Below the pieces are notes generated by a model. The model ran no database searches and was not told where the DNA came from. It was given only the letters and a program-made list of their open reading frames with translations. The position numbers and the translations under genes are program-made. Below, one piece after another: positions 62,463 through 64,000 of a stretch of 64,000 nucleotides of DNA. This DNA is from Nitrosopumilus sp. (lineage in GTDB: Archaea; Thermoproteota; Nitrososphaeria; Nitrososphaerales; Nitrosopumilaceae), in the NCBI GenBank assembly GCA_965207445.1, contig CBDBLX010000002.1, positions 2,295,849 to 2,359,848 on the forward strand. Reading direction: 5' to 3'. How positions within the stretch are numbered: position 1 is the stretch's first letter; every line of letters begins with the position of its first letter.

Positions 62463-64000
62463 TCATGTCTCAGGGCATCCATCTACAGTACCAATGTAAT
62501 CTTCAGGCTCCAAGGGGCACAAATCATTACTGTTTAAGATTCCATCCAAGTCAGAATCATGCTTGTATCTTGACTGTTCTGGAATAGAGTCTGGGCAACC
62601 ATCACCATCACGATACTTGTTCCACGTCTCTGGGAGTTCAACGCACTGGTCTACATCATCATAAAACCCATCCCCATCAGTATCTGTCTGCTGTGCTACA
62701 AATGGGACCACATCAGGGCAACCGTCATAATCGATGTAACGGTTCCAAGTCTCATCGAGTTCTGGACAGAGGTCCATATTATTTGGAACTCCATCACCAT
62801 CTGTGTCATTTATTGTCTCATCGACGTCAGGACATCCATCCTCATCTTCAAATCCATTAAGAGTCTCAGGTTGGCTTGGACAGTCATCTTGTGCATCATT
62901 CAATCCATCACCATCAGAGTCAGGGATTACATTACCTTGGTCAACACTGTCAGGGCAACCGTCTGCGTCATAAAGCCTATTCCAAGTTTCAGGAGCCGTT
63001 GGACACATGTCAACATCATCTAAAATTCCATCAGAATCGCGGTCAGATTGTGTCCTAAAGTCATCAGGACAACCGTCTGTATCAAGCACGCCATTGAATG
63101 TTTCAGGCTGGTTTGGACACAAGTCACGAGAGTCAAATATCCCATCACCATCAGAGTCAGGCTGATCTCGATTATCTGCAACTGTATCTGGGCACCCATC
63201 ACCATCAATAAAGAAGTTGTATGTCTCAGCTAGTAGAGGACACATATCTACTTCATCAGGTATAGCATCAGAATCCGTGTCAATTGTAGTGACAAAGTCA
63301 GGATAATCAGGACATCCATCGTCATCCTCAAAGTTATTGTAAGTCTCTCGTGCTAGTTGGCATTGGTCATCTGCGTCATCGATGCCATCAAAGTCAGCAT
63401 CAGTCCCTATAGTACCATCATCAGGGCAACCATCATAATCAATGTAACGGTTCCAAGTCTCCAAAGTATCAGGACACAAGTCCATAACATCACTTACTCC
63501 ATCTCCATCCGTATCAGAGAGTGACACATCAGGGCAACCATCAGTATCCAAATAACCATTTACTATCTCAGCAGATAGCGGACACTGATCAACAAAGTCA
63601 GGTATATTATCATTATCAGCATCGTGTGATATTACTACAATAGTCGTGTCAGGGCAACCATCATCATCATTCACTTTATTCCATGTTTCAGGAGTAGTTG
63701 GGCATTCATCTAGTTCATCTACTATTCCATCCATATCACGGTCAGAGTCAGATTTTGTATCAGGACAACCATCCAAATCGTATATACCATTGAATGTTTC
63801 AGGCTGGTTTGGACACAGATCAACATAATCATTTATTCCATCCTTATCATTATCAGGAACTGGTTTGGTAGAGCCAACATAATCAGGGCAACCGTCACCG
63901 TCCATGAAGAGATTATATGTCTCCTTGGATTGAGGGCACTGATCCACACTATTTAAAATACCATCAAGGTCAGAATCAACATCTGTAGTATAAGGCGGTA
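62463..64000 (-). CDS. thrombospondin type-3 repeat protein 3, 5' end outside window
   Basis: Frame stays open from the window edge (..TTDVDSDLDGILNSVDQCP..) to the stop at 62463. Confidence 0.88.
   Translation of the reverse strand, partial: PPYTTDVDSDLDGILNSVDQCPQSKETYNLFMDGDGCPDYVGSTKPVPDNDKDGINDYVDLCPNQPETFNGIYDLDGCPDTKSDSDRDMDGIVDELDECPTTPETWNKVNDDDGCPDTTIVVISHDADNDNIPDFVDQCPLSAEIVNGYLDTDGCPDVSLSDTDGDGVSDVMDLCPDTLETWNRYIDYDGCPDDGTIGTDADFDGIDDADDQCQLARETYNNFEDDDGCPDYPDFVTTIDTDSDAIPDEVDMCPLLAETYNFFIDGDGCPDTVADNRDQPDSDGDGIFDSRDLCPNQPETFNGVLDTDGCPDDFRTQSDRDSDGILDDVDMCPTAPETWNRLYDADGCPDSVDQGNVIPDSDGDGLNDAQDDCPSQPETLNGFEDEDGCPDVDETINDTDGDGVPNNMDLCPELDETWNRYIDYDGCPDVVPFVAQQTDTDGDGFYDDVDQCVELPETWNKYRDGDGCPDSIPEQSRYKHDSDLDGILNSNDLCPLEPEDYIGTVDGCPET

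Overview
AT-rich chromosomal segment of an ammonia-oxidising archaeon (Nitrososphaerota, Nitrosopumilaceae-like), shown by amoC/amoB, archaeal aminoacyl-tRNA synthetases, rps15, rps3ae, Pcc1, TBP, RtcB and PdxS/T. Three tRNA genes are present: Ile-GAT, Ala-TGC, and Trp-CCA with two introns. There are also putative C/D and H/ACA guide RNAs. The mobilome comprises one intact 1390-bp ISH3-family IS, decayed ISH3/IS66/IS630-like remnants and two MITE families. Microsatellite-like low-complexity insertions sit inside housekeeping proteins, which together with the IS decay suggests a host-associated (possibly sponge-symbiont) lineage; this is inference. The most notable observations are: (1) a GC-rich, IS-flanked island encoding a ~950-aa Calx-beta-like surface protein with a G17 tract that puts the best-placed leaderless ATG out of frame, a candidate phase-variable contingency locus; (2) amoC-amoB without the amoA-amoX genes normally adjacent to them; (3) a HEPN gene bracketed by two MITEs next to tRNA-Ala; (4) a tandem array of three thrombospondin type-3 repeat proteins. 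All family assignments are by motif recognition, with no database searches; coordinates of degenerate elements are approximate.
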